A stretch of DNA of 64,000 nucleotides from Trichodelitschia bisporula (taxonomy: Eukaryota): contig ML996693.1 in the NCBI GenBank assembly GCA_010356995.1, positions 372,001-436,000 on the forward strand. The letters are read 5' to 3'. The notes beneath the pieces were generated by a model that saw only the letters and a program-made list of their open reading frames with translations, was not told the origin of the DNA and made no database searches. The position numbers and the translations under genes are program-made. Shown here piece after piece: positions 51,533 through 63,408 of this stretch. Each line of letters begins with the position of its first letter. Within the stretch, counting starts at the first letter, position 1.

Positions 51533-53114
51533 ATAAAGGGCCGGAGGAACGTTCGGGGATCCGTCGGGCCGGTCGCAGTCGCGTGGTGGCTAGCCGCGGA
51601 GGGAGGCCTTGACACAGTGTCTGTCCATTCTGTGTGAAGAACTGGAAGAGGAGGAGAGGACCAAAACTATACCCCATCGCTCTCAGCGAAAACGGCAACG
51701 ATCGAACGAAATATACCCCTTCAGTTTTTTCCCATCCTCCTTTCCCCCCAGCGCCTAGATCATGACACTGCGGCTCAGTCAACATGTACGGCAATCATTT
51801 CCACGCTCGCTGTGTCGTATTTGGGACGGTTTCGTTGCAGCATCGCATCTCAGTGCGATCCTTCGGCTTGCTGATTTTGCTGTCATGTGGAGGGGAGTTG
51901 AGATGCATGTCTTACGTCTGCTCCGATTTGGATTTTTCTTCTAGATTGATACCACTGTGTTTTTGGCTTTGTCGCTTCATTTGGCTTCTTGCATCTTCCT
52001 CCACTTTTTGGTCTTTGCGCCTTGTTTCCCGGTCGCTCTGGTTTACGTCTGGCGAAATACCCCCGCAAGCAAATCCCCCAGCAACTCCCCTTATACCCCA
52101 ATACCCCCATCAACAAAACTCCTGCTGTCCTCTTTGATACCCTGTGCCAGAGCGTGCCTTTTGGGCGCCGCGAGTTGGATGCGTAATAATTAATAAATGA
52201 GGTTCCCTTTTTGCAATGAGGTCGTGTGTAAATATGAAGTGATGCAAGTGATGAACATGAAACGAAGGGAGGTTGCAGATTGGAGGTTGCTCCGTTTGCT
52301 GTGGGTACGGGTAACCTTACTACGGTAGGTCGCCAGACGATAAACACCAAAGAAGACGAGATGAGACGATGCGAAACATACGGTAATGACAGGTCTTGGC
52401 ACCAATCCCTTAAAACTCCGCCACACAGGCGAGCCCCGCTCTTCCCGGATCTGGGGGAGAGAACCGGGCCAGGTGCGCGGAGGGTGGAAAGTGGAGTGTG
52501 TGCGGGGCCTTGGCCTTTCCCCTTGGCCGTCTCCCCCCAGTTTCTCTGCTCATGTCATCGTTTGATTCAAGCCATCCCAACTACACACTCCATCCCAATT
52601 CATCCTCTCTTCCTCTCTTAACCAACTCCTAACCCACAATCACCGCAGTACATCCGTATTCGAATCTCTTCATCTGAACGTCGTGTACGTTTCGATAGCT
52701 GCCATCGCCGTACGGTACCCCCAGCTTCAATCCTCTACAATACGCCCGTTCAGTGTTGCCGTGTCGTGCTCAGGTGAGCGAAGCGGATTACCTACCCTAC
52801 TGTATCGTGGGTACTCTGCTCACCACACATCGGTATTTGCGCAGCTGGTGCTGCCATCTCAAACCTGTACGGAGTAGTTCAGCGACAAGAACTGTGCTTG
52901 TCGCCGTACAATTACTGCACGGTCCACCCCGCCCACCTGCAGTGTCGCTATGACCTGCAACGCCAAACAAGAACTGTAACCCCAACCTGCCATATTTTCA
53001 ACCGCGCAAAGCTCCGCACCCCGTGTCCGATTAAGTGCACATGCTGTTCCCGATCCACACCCACCTCCCCAAACCCTAGCTTCCCCGCCGCCTTGCATAG
53101 GTGTGAAAGCAATC

Positions 53115-54158
53115 ATGGTACGTTCTGGGGTGTACAACCGCATATGACACAACGTGGAATGCAGCTAATCCGTCCCAGGGCTGCATGCAATCTTCCCAGC
53201 GTCACGCGTCGACTTCTGCCCCCGTTACAGAGCAAGTCCTTGACACCGCGGGCGCTAACACTTCGACCAGCCGCCTCGCTGCGCCAACTTCATCCATCTC
53301 GCGCCCGAACACCGGCACCTCCACTTCTGCTGCTACCAGCGGCAGCGCTCCGCACCGAGGACGCGCAGCCAACGATGCCAATGCACCCTTCGCGCTCAAG
53401 CTCGCACCAGAGCGTGCGCGGATCCCGCTTCCGCCACCTCGCACTCCCTCCGATGCTGCGACCCGCCGCACTATCTCGCGTAAGACGCTGATGCGCGAGC
53501 GTGAAGCCTTCTTCGACACTCGTGTCTCTGGTCGCCCTGAGGTGTGGGCTGCAGTTCGCATGGCTTGCGAGCTGCTCGAGGCGGGTGATGCAGAGGAGGC
53601 CAAGGCCGTTCTTCTCGCTGCAGGATGCCATTGTCCCACCGGGGAGATGTGGGGCACTGAGCGGTATCGTGGACAACGCCCACCGCGGCACACCATGGGC
53701 GGTGTATTTGACAAATGGGGCGAGCGCTATGTGGTGCCATCCTGGTGTGTCGGCGTACCGGTACTGGTAGTCGATGGCCCGGACGTCGAAGAGGAGTCGG
53801 ATGACGACGACGGCGAAAAGGCAGTAGAGTTGCTTGCTGATGCGGGCAAGGGCAAAGCCCGTGTGGCCGATGCGCCGCTCGTGAGGGTCGTGGCGCGCAT
53901 GAGCCATACGGCGAGGGATGTGGCAGTACAGGTGCGGGGGGATATTCGTGTCAAGGACCTGATTGAGAAGTTGAAGGAGGGCGCTGATGTAGGCTTTCCA
54001 CATCTTACTTCGAACCCTGCTAACTGCTACAGCTCCGCCAGAACAGCCGCATGAAGCTCGTGTACATGGGCCGCATATTGCACGAGGGGCTTCAACTGAG
54101 CGCACAGGGCTGGCAAGAGGGAAATGTCGTCAATGCGCTTGTGCTCGATGCGGCGTAG
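53115..54158 (+). CDS. Ubiquitin domain-containing protein (UBTD1/2, DC-UbP family)
   Basis: ATG, intron 53118-53178, then GCMQSS. N-terminal UBD motif LMREREAFFDTRVSGRPEVWAAV, GVFDKWGERYVVPSWC; C-terminal ubiquitin-like segment MKLVYMGRIL..GWQEGNVVNALV after intron 53989-54032. Confidence 0.88.
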
Positions 54159-55072
54159 AGAATACGCTGCTGACTAGCCTGGGCTGCACATATCAGATCC
54201 CGCACAGCGCAAGGACTCGTCAATTTAACCTTCTCGACACATTCGCCACTGGCATCTCAGAATCACTCTTCTTTTTGGCTTCAGTTCGACGAAATGGGCG
54301 GCAGGTGGAGGGATAGACGTTTAATGGGTGCTTTCTGTGGGACCCCGAACGGGGAATAGCACTTCTGTCTTCGCGTGCTTTGTTCATGACCTGACGACCG
54401 GACACATGGGAGGAAGATGGACGGTTACGCGGCGGTTGATTTTGCGTTGGTTTCTGATTGCGTCTTCTTTTCTACATGCGTGTGGGTGCACGTTCGATAT
54501 GGGCGGTGTGCTTTTTCGGTAGTGGGTGTGTTCATAGGCGGGTGCATGGTTATGGCGCTGGAGGAGCGGGCAGGATGGATGATTCGAGGGCAAAAGGGAG
54601 AGGGGGGGTGTTTATGTAATTGTTAATATACCATGAGGATGTGGCGTGATGATGCTTGATACGGAAGCTTCATGGAAGTCGAGGAACCGCGAATGGTGCT
54701 GTACGTAAGCGGGAAGTGGCATTTATTGACTGTTCCAGAAAATATTAGCGTGAGGGGGGAGGCAAGCGAGAAGTACTCCAGCGACATCAGAGCCCGCAAC
54801 CGTACTTCATTCTTCGGCTGACGCTGCGCTGACTATCTGAGCCTCGATGCCTACGTCGGAGACCCTCCACCTCTTCGCCTCCCAGCAACACCCCTCTGCA
54901 TACATCAGTGCAGGCCACACAACGCATACTTCTCGCTGCCCTAGTGGAGATCGGGAGTCGGAATCCCGGCATGGGTTGAGTTGGGTGTATAACGATGCTC
55001 AGTGATAGGTGGCGGGTGATCGCGTTTTCACGAGTTGCGAGCGCCCTTTGCTCAGGGCAAGCCTCCCTCCGC

Positions 55073-55812
55073 TCAGCCCAGCTTCTGCAAATACCCCTGC
55101 GCAATAAGGCGCTCGACGTCGCCTTGCCGGACGTAGAACTGGCTGTTCTTCGTGAGGTTGATAGTCCTGCGCTTGTCAGCCATGCTCTCACCCTCCCCAT
55201 CACCACCATCAGCAAGACCACATACCCATACTCCGTCTGAATCTCCCCCGCATCCCGCAGCACCCGCACATCAACAAACAAATCTCTTGGCGGCTCCAAA
55301 CTCCCCGTGAGATCCACATCCGTCCACCGGCCCTTATACGCCGCCAGCAGATCCGCATACTGCCGCGCGTAATCCTCCTCCTCGGGACTCAGATTCCCTC
55401 CCTCCGCACCTTCCTCTCCTCCATCTCCCCCACTACTCATCCCTTTCCCGCCCTCCCACACGGACCCGGCAATCCGTTCCACCCGCCCCCGCGCATACGC
55501 CATCAGGCAGCGCTTATTCCGCCGCATGCACACATACGCGGTCAGGAGCTGCACGCGTGCGCCGGGGTCGTTGATGATGCTGGACGACGGGTCCTGCGAG
55601 GCGGGACCGAGGAGCGTATTCACGGTGGACTGGAGGGAGCGCGTTTCGGCGATTATGGAGGCTATGAGTTCGGTTTGTGGGGCGGGGAGGGTGGGGAGGG
55701 AGCGCGTGCGCGCGGCGTGGGCGATCTGGTGGAGTGGATTAGCGGTGATGTAGAGGGGACATCATTGGGGAGGTGAGAGACGCACTAGCTTATTCGCGGC
55801 GTCGCCGTACAT
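55073..55812 (-). CDS. PSF1: GINS complex subunit Psf1
   Basis: MYGDAANKL|, CMRRNKRCLMAY, NLSPEEEDY, DLTGSLEPPRDLFVDVRVLRDAGEIQTEYG|TINLTKNSQFYVRQGDVERLIAQGYL. Introns 55726-55785 and 55167-55225. Confidence 0.96.
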
Positions 55813-55824
55813 TTTGGCAACTGA

Positions 55825-55932
55825 CGCGGTTGCAGCCACGAGCGCGATCGCGAAGCGCAGAGGCGGGGTGGAGGGGTGGAGTTGACGTCGGCGCGCACGG
55901 GCGCGGTTGCGCGGGCGCGTAACCCTGCGCGG
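55825..55932. promoter_or_regulatory. CGCG (MCB-like) element cluster upstream of PSF1
   Basis: About eight CGCG cores, including CGCGT and CGCGAA, within about 110 bp directly upstream of the PSF1 ATG. Confidence 0.55.
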
Positions 55933-56835
55933 AGCGGGGCGGGGCGGGGAGGCTCAACCTCAGCTCCGAACGTCACCTCTTCTTCTCAACCACCAACTAC
56001 ATACGTAGTATTGCTGGTATCTCGTGCGAGATCTTTTCCCTCAGTCATACACCGACTCGGGCATGTCAACCGTACTTGACGATCATAACCTCAAAATCGC
56101 CTCCCCCCTTTCCGTCCTCCGCTGTCCGTCACACAGCCCCTCCACCGTCCGTCCCACCAGCCGCCAGATCGGGCAGCGCGATGGCACGGCGGGATCATAC
56201 AGGATCGTGCACACCGTCGGTGTGGTACAGGGCGAGGGCAGAGAGTCGCTGCTCTGTACCTGGCACTATTAATGTTACCCGCCGGAGCCTGCCGGGGAGG
56301 CGAGAGGGGTGGGTATAAAAATGCCAATGCTAGCTGCGTTGCGCATAGCGCGCAACGCCGAGTATTTGTACGCCTATGTTACTCGCCACTACATACTGTC
56401 AGCCTCTCTCAAGCCAGGGGGGCACGAAATCGCCGATGACGCTCCGCAACATACAGCCAGGCACCGCGGGGACACACGGCTATATTTCAACCTATATACA
56501 GCAGCGGGCGTCCATCTCGACAGCCCCTGGGGTATTTCCAAACCCAGTAACCCAGATTCTTCGCAAAAAACGAACGACGCCCCCAACCGTGTACCAAAAA
56601 CGCCACACCGTAACCGCCCCCGATTCCCAGTCTCCCGTGCACCTCTATTTTGAATCGAAGATCCGAGTGAACCCAGTCTGTCCTGTCCTGTCCTGGAACT
56701 AACCCCGAACGCCAAAGGAAATGAGCTGTATCCATCTATTAGCACGCCCGCAAAGAAACCCCCCCGCGATCGCGACACCCCTTGCCAGTACCGACCCCCC
56801 CTCCCCCATCTCCATCTCTATTGCCCCCAAACCCC

Positions 56836-58574
56836 CTAGTTCCTGTCCCCACTCAGCTTCCGGTCCATCTGCTGCATCATCACCTCTTCATCCCAATACT
56901 TGTCAAAGTCCGACGGCTGCTCGAACGTCGGGCTCGTGCTCTCGGGCTGCCACGTCTTAGTCGTATAGTCCGTCACCAGCCCAGTCGACGGGTACACGCC
57001 CAGCGCCGCCTGCTCGCGTTCGTGCTGCATGACAAGCTGGCGATCGAGATCGAAAGCACCATCCGATACCTGCCCCTGCCCCTGTTGCTGGCTCTGCACC
57101 GGGTATCCCCCACCTTCCCCACCACCCATACCGCCCACCTCCATCGCCGCAGCGAAATGCCCCTCATCGTACGCCAATAGCGTCGGATCCACCTGTCCCA
57201 TCTCAAACGGGCCAGGCGTGGTCGACGCACTATGCAGCTGCAGCAATTCATGATGGCTCGCGCCAGGCAACCCAATAAGCGCGGGGTTACTCGTGTACCC
57301 GCCGTGATCCAGCTGCCCAAAGCGTACGTCCTCTACCGCAGACATCAAGTGACCGTGGTGTGGGTGGTGCCCGAAGAACCCGTGTGCCTGCGGCATGGCA
57401 TGACCCATCGGCACTGGCAGCGGCCGGCCCCCGTTGCTCGCCTCCCAGCTCGACTTGTTGTACCCATCGTTCGGGCCGAACTGCGCGTCCAGCGGTGGCG
57501 GGCGCGGATTCGCTTGCACCGACCGCGCGGGGTAACCGGCATCACGGCCGGGACGCTTAGAACCGCGGTTGCGCCGTCCGTGCGAGGCGCCCCATTCCGC
57601 GTCCGGGTCGTCCAAGTCCGATGGCTCGAGGCTGTCTTCGTCACTGTCGGTCCCCTTGCGCTTGCGGGACGCGACGCCCGGCTTCGAGGGCGAGAACTTG
57701 TAGTGCGGGTGGGCATTTTGGTGGTTGATGCGCTCGACCTTGGCGAGGTCGTTGTAGAACTCGCGGACCTGCGGCGGTTCAAGCGGCCAGGACTCGCCGG
57801 AGACGGAGGAAACGACTTGATGGTTGTTGTGCAGGCACCAGACCTTGGTGCGTTCGGCGTAGGCAGAGCGGTACAGCATGAACGAGTTCATCGGTCGCGT
57901 GATGTAGCCGTTGCGCCGCTCGGCTTCCTTAATGCGCTCCTCCACCGACCGGTTCACCCATGCTTCCATGTCACGTACCGGTACGTGGTTCATGTCCTTG
58001 GTGAGCACGCTCAGGGGGGCAGTCAGCTTCGGCGTCTTCGTCTTGTCGGCCTTGGCGCCTTTCTTCTTTGCAATGCGCGGCGGTGTCGTCTTGCGCACGC
58101 TGCCATGCGGCGAGTTGGTGCGTGTGTTGGAGCGATTGCTCCGTGTCTGACGTCGGCCTTCGCTGACGGTGGACAAGGGAGTTGGGGGAGATGTCAACGG
58201 CAGGCCATGTGGTTGCATGTACTGGACGTGTTAGCAGGACTCCCTATTCCCAGACAGAGACGCCTACAAGGGACGCCTGATAGGAACGTACTGGAGATCC
58301 CGAGTGGGACAAGTGGCCATCGGCCGGGTAGTACGGCTGTTGCTGTTGCTGATGCTGCTGATGTTGTTGGTGCTGTTGAAGCTGGTGCTGTTGGAACTGA
58401 TGCTGCTGGTGCTGCGAATGTTGCCCCTGATCATACGCCTTGCTGGGTCAGCATGGACAAGTCACTCAAAGAAGTCCTCACGTATTGTATGCCAAGTCCC
58501 ATGGCCTGTGATGGTTCAGGATAATGGGACTCGCTATAGGGGCCCAGATGCGCGACAAAGGGTTCGTGCTCCAT
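56836..58574 (-). CDS. Sequence-specific HMG-box transcription factor (MATA_HMG/SOX-like; not the MAT1-2-1 locus gene)
   Basis: HMG box ITRPMNSFMLYRSAY...NHQVVSSVSGESW..EPPQVREFY..LAKVERINHQNAHPHYKFSP followed by basic RKRK. Introns 58439-58481 and 58222-58291; Q/H-rich exon 2. An in-frame upstream ATG exists at 58745. Confidence 0.88.
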
Positions 58575-60423
58575 CGGGAGTGCGTTTGCCGGGTGGAATT
58601 GAGTGACGTTGAGTGGCTGGAAGACTGTTTCGCTGACTTGGTCCTCGAGGGTTCGGCGGAGATGAAGGGCAAGGTCCTTTGCTGCTTTCTCGGAAACGAT
58701 CAAAAATCGACGCGGTGGGAGTGAGCGCGATTCCCTTTTTCCCATGAGAGCGCAGAAGGATGCGAAGTGGACTGCTCTGGATGCCGAGCAGGTCCGAAGA
58801 CAGAGGCGAAGAAACCCGACGATACTGACGTTCAACAAGCCAGCGCCGTGTACACTGTTCTGGATAACCGTCCGCCTGCTTTCTGAGTCGTCCTGAACAC
58901 TGCTTCAAGCCCAAGGGAAGATCCAGAAGGCTTCCGTGCGTGTGATTTTAGTCGAACAGGTCGCCAGGAATCCAGAGTTATTGAATCAGATTGATGTTGA
59001 AGACGTGTTTCGCTCGGTAGGGTTTGCGATGGTCTTCAAAGAAGGGTAGGACGAACGCTTGCAAGCAGCCGCCTTTGACAGCGGATACAGACCGACTTCC
59101 CAGCACGATGCCGCGCGAGAAGACGTCCCCCCAAACCTCGTGTCTCGGACTGTTTAAAAACTTCACAGTGTCTGATGAGATTGTCTTTGTGGCGGAGTGA
59201 GAGAGGACGGAAGAGCTTGATCATAGGATAGACGGAGAGCTGATCAGGGCAGAAGGGGGTTGTCGCCAACGTTGAGTAGCAAAGAAAATCCTTTGTCAAA
59301 GAGACTGCATAGTGTTTAAGAGTATTTGTATCGATTGCAAGAGCAGCCACTGGGAGAACAACACTGGCTGCATACGTAGGAGCAGGACGATCAACTGACT
59401 GAAGACGGACGCCGAAAGACGAATCCGTAGTGGTCTCGACCACATAGCCGGTAAAGGACCTTGGGCAGTGGGGGCAAGCCGCTTCCGGTCGGTTTGGCAA
59501 CTAATTCAAACTGATCCAGAAACTCGCACAAAATATGGAGCCTGCTATTTCCGATGTAGCCGGGTCATCTCTCCACGCCTTTTGGCGGGGTTAGGATGAG
59601 GGAAGAATGAGGGGGGGGGGGAGGGGCGGTTGAGTGAGAGGATGTGGACATGGTCCGCAACTACTGAAACGAGAGTAAGGCTCGATTGCGAGCGAAAACG
59701 GTCCTGAGGAGGACCTCCTGCCCAGGGCATCGGTCAGACCGCAGTGTTGCGAGAGACAGTGGAACGGAAGTGACCCAATCAGGGCGCAGCATACAACCCT
59801 TACCGCTATATGGCGGATTCCCACCCTCCACGCCCCGCCCAAGCAAGATGCAAACGCGTGTGGCTTGATACCTGGGGGTCCGCCATTAGTTCGCAGAACG
59901 AAAGCATGGGGCACCTGGAGGGTGGTGGTAGGGCGGAGCAGGAGGGGGAGGACAGAGCATCATTTTACAGAGAGACCAAGCTCAGCCGAGCCGGGAGATG
60001 CTGGAAGCGGGTAGGGAAGGAAAGAGGGGAAGGAGAGGGCATGAAGAAGATGGGGTTACACGAAGTAATTCGAGGCGCATTCCTCGCCTGGTTCCCAGTA
60101 TCCGGATTAGCGGGCCTCTCCCGCCAACCTGTTGCCGCGGCATGAGCGGAGATAGAAGCGTTGAGGAGCAGGGACACCACGCAAAATGCCTTCAGGAGAT
60201 GCGTGACTGTGGTGGAGAGCCTTTTCAGGCGGGAGACACGGTAATGATGTGCATGTTACAGCGGCTACGTGCATGGCTGGATCTGGTAAGAGTGGCCAGG
60301 AACCAGGAGTTAGGATAAGTTGGCGGGGGAGGGTGCGCCATGTCTCACCAGAACGTGCCAGACCAAGCAGGTCATCTTGGAGAGGGGGAATAACGCCTAG
60401 GGGAGCATGTGCACGGGTGTGGA

Positions 60424-60462
60424 GGTGGTGGTGGTGGTGGTGGTGGTGGTGGTGGTGGTGGT
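60424..60462 (+). repeat. (GGT)13 trinucleotide microsatellite
   Basis: Perfect GGT run in the HMG/RRP42 intergenic region. Confidence 0.95.
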
Positions 60463-62216
60463 TGGGAGGATTAATAACCACCCTAGAGCACGAGGCTGAA
60501 GGGAGCAGTCGGCGAAGCTAGCGAAGGCCAGCAGAGCTGCAAGCTAGGCCGACTGCTGGGTAGGGCGTGAGAGGAGGAGAGTAGCATGGACGATTGGGCC
60601 TTGAGCCGTGTGTGCAGCATGCACGCCGTCCAGCGGGATGCTGTTAGCGGCCAGCGGCGCACCAGATCCTGTGTACGTACCGCGGGGTCAAAAATTTGTG
60701 TATCTTTCTTGCAACGGCGAAGGAACCAAACATCGTCTTGTCTTTTTTCTCACTCTTCCCGTCTCACGTCCGCAACCAACCAGCAGGAGCCGGCTGCTTC
60801 CGGACGATAGAAGTGCGGGTGGGCACGAACGAAGCCGGTGCTCGGAATGAAAGCTAGCCCAGCAGCTGGGGCTGGATCCTGTGTAACAAACGGCCGTTCT
60901 TAGCCATTGGGCCGCCGAAGACACAACTTGACAGGGCTCAACCTCAGGCCGATGACGGGTGGCTGCGTTTCGGTGCCGCCTGCATGCGGGTAAATCAAGG
61001 CTTGGTATTTGACACCGATTGGGCGCACCGTCAATACGAGGCGGCCGGGTGGATGCCGGTGATGCGTGCGGCGGGCGGGCGGGCGATGGGGACAGCACTG
61101 CCAGATCTTCCGGGTCACGGTGGCGGACTGAGATGGCGTAGGGTCGGAGAGTTTAGGAAAAACTGAGGACCCATTTGGAGGTGATTGTGGGGGATCTGAG
61201 GGTGGAGGTGCCTTGCAAGGGTTGCCCACCATGGGAGTTGCATATGTGCGCCTGTCGTGACTCTGGGTAGTACAAACGACACACTCAGGGCCAGCGACTA
61301 GAAGGGCAGAATTTGATTATCCGCGATTTCGGGGGATGGTCATCGTCCAGATCGCATCATTGGTGAGCCGAAGAGGGAATTGCTGGAGAGAGTCCACGGA
61401 AGGGCCGATAGCGAGTTAGAGATCTAGACGTTCCTCGTCGCCTTAAACGCCGAATCCCCCACGGCGATTAGAGAGCAAAATGACTGAGAAAATGGCTGTT
61501 CGCAAAGTCGCGGGGTCTTCAGGCCGTGTTGGGCATATGCTGCTGGATTGGCGCTGCAGTACGAGGTGGGTTGAGGTGAGGAGAAGCCATCCAAGGGTGG
61601 AGTGCGTCTGAGGGATTCGGCTGGAGTTGCTGTAGGATCGAGGGTTCCGGCTAATTGAGAGGAGATGTGTTTGTTCAGGAACGAGATGAGGCGTGAGAGG
61701 TGCGAAGTCGTGGTGTTAGGTTTTCGTCTCCCGCTCATCCTGTCGCTCGTCGTAGTCAAAGCCCCTTCGCCTCCGTCCTTCGCCTCACTGGAGGAAGCCG
61801 CACCCCCACGCGGCTGTGGCTTATGCCTCTCATTCTCACGAAGCTGTAGCTGAAACTGCACAGCTTCCAACGTGCAAACCCGATTTTGACTGCAGCACTT
61901 TTCAGCGTGTTATCGAGTTTTGGCTTTGAGACCCGCCATGAAGCCAGGAGAAAGCGCATGATCCATAGTTTAACACTATAGAGTTAAAAAGTTCATGAGA
62001 TTCAAAATGAGCTCAGTGACGGCCTTTGAAAGTTGTAACTTCTTGGCTGAAGTTCGTCGTCTTCACGGCTAGCCTTATGTACGGGTACCAAGCCACACCC
62101 CATCCTCCCCTGGTCTGATTTCCGCCCTTGGCGTCCCGCCCTCCACTTTCTCCACCGTCCATCGAACCTGCAACATCGGCGCGTCACCAAATCTCAAAAA
62201 GCCAGCACCCTCAATC

Positions 62217-63301
62217 ATGGCGCCCTCGGCCACGCAAACCCTACTCTCTCCCGCCGAGCTTTCCTATATTCACCACTCGCTCTCTCTCTCGCCTCCGATC
62301 CGCCCGGATGGCCGCTCTCCGACTGAATTCCGGCCGCTTTTCGCTGAAACGGACATTTTGCCCAATACGAATGGCAGCGCGCGGGTATGCTTCGCGGACG
62401 GAAGTGAAGCGATCGCAGGTGTGAAGGCCGAGGTTGAGAGGTCAATCGCACGGCCCGGACTGGACATCTCGGCAGACGATGACGGTGAGGAAGAGCGTCA
62501 CGGCGAAAATGCCTGGGTGGAGATGAGCATTGAGATTCCAGGCCACAGGGATGACGATGCGCTGCCCGTGTTCCTGGCAGCTATGTTGACGGAGGCGCTG
62601 CTTGCAGACTCTGAGCTGAAGGACAGGTTGTGGATCAATCGACGCTTTCACTGGAAGTTGTACATTGACGTGCGTATCCCCTCCCCTTTACCCACTCACT
62701 TCTGCGTCCTTCCAGCGCAAACATATACCGGTAGCTAACAACAAGATCGCAGATTCTCCTTCTCTCACCTCCGTCCTCTTATCCTCTCCCCCTTCTAAGC
62801 CTCACCACTCATCTCTCCCTCCTCTCCACGCACCTCCCGGCCCTCATCTCCGACCCCGCTGACGATCCCCTCTTCAACGACGACTGGCACAGCGCTACGC
62901 CGCTGTACCCACCGTCAAGCTCCACCCCCCCTGTAACCCTCCTCGTCACAACCATCGGTGAAACGATCCTCCTCGATCCAACACCGGAAGAACTCGCCGT
63001 CGCAGACGCCGTGCTCGCGCTCTCTGTTGCCGCACCTTTGCCTTCTAAGGCTAAGAAAGGGAAGGGCAATCCCCAGGCTCGCCTTCTCGCGATCCGTACG
63101 CTAGATCCGCCCTCGCGGCTGACGCCCCTGGGTACAACGGCAGGCCCTACGGAAGGCGCGCCGCCGCGGACCGGAATGGCGTGGGCGCCGCCGCAAGGTG
63201 GGTTGAAGAGAGAGCTCTTGTCGCGCGTGATCAAGGCGGTGGTTGCGCCCGGAGGAGGGGCGGAGGAGGTACTTGCGGGATTGGCAGGGGTGGTGGCGTA
63301 A
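62217..63301 (+). CDS. RRP42: Exosome complex RNase PH-like subunit Rrp42
   Basis: LLSPAELSYIHHSL...PIRPDGRSPTEFRPL.AETDILP.TNGSARV..ADGSEAI.GVKAEVE, WKLYID|ILLLSPP, DDPLFNDDW and LLDPT.EE. Intron 62670-62752. Confidence 0.9.
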
Positions 63302-63378
63302 AGAGAATCGTATTTTGACACTGAAGGTCTGACAGTAGAGCCATATGTGACGCGCCACGACGAGATGGGTTCTACACA

Positions 63379-63408
63379 CACGATGGACGCTCGCACGATG
63401 GACGCTCG
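63379..63408 (+). repeat. 15-bp tandem duplication
   Basis: cacgatggacgctcg x2 downstream of RRP42. Confidence 0.85.

Noticed and set aside
57232..58524. 430-aa plus-strand ORF
   Set aside because: Antisense to the HMG-box gene; its Ala/Val/Arg content mirrors the real strand.
56836..58574. HMG-box gene as mating-type MAT1-2-1
   Set aside because: No intron inside the HMG box, longer protein, and no APN2/SLA2/COX13 neighbours; fits a non-MAT HMG family.
60107..60521. Poly-His and poly-Trp ORFs
   Set aside because: Artefacts of the (GGT)13 microsatellite.
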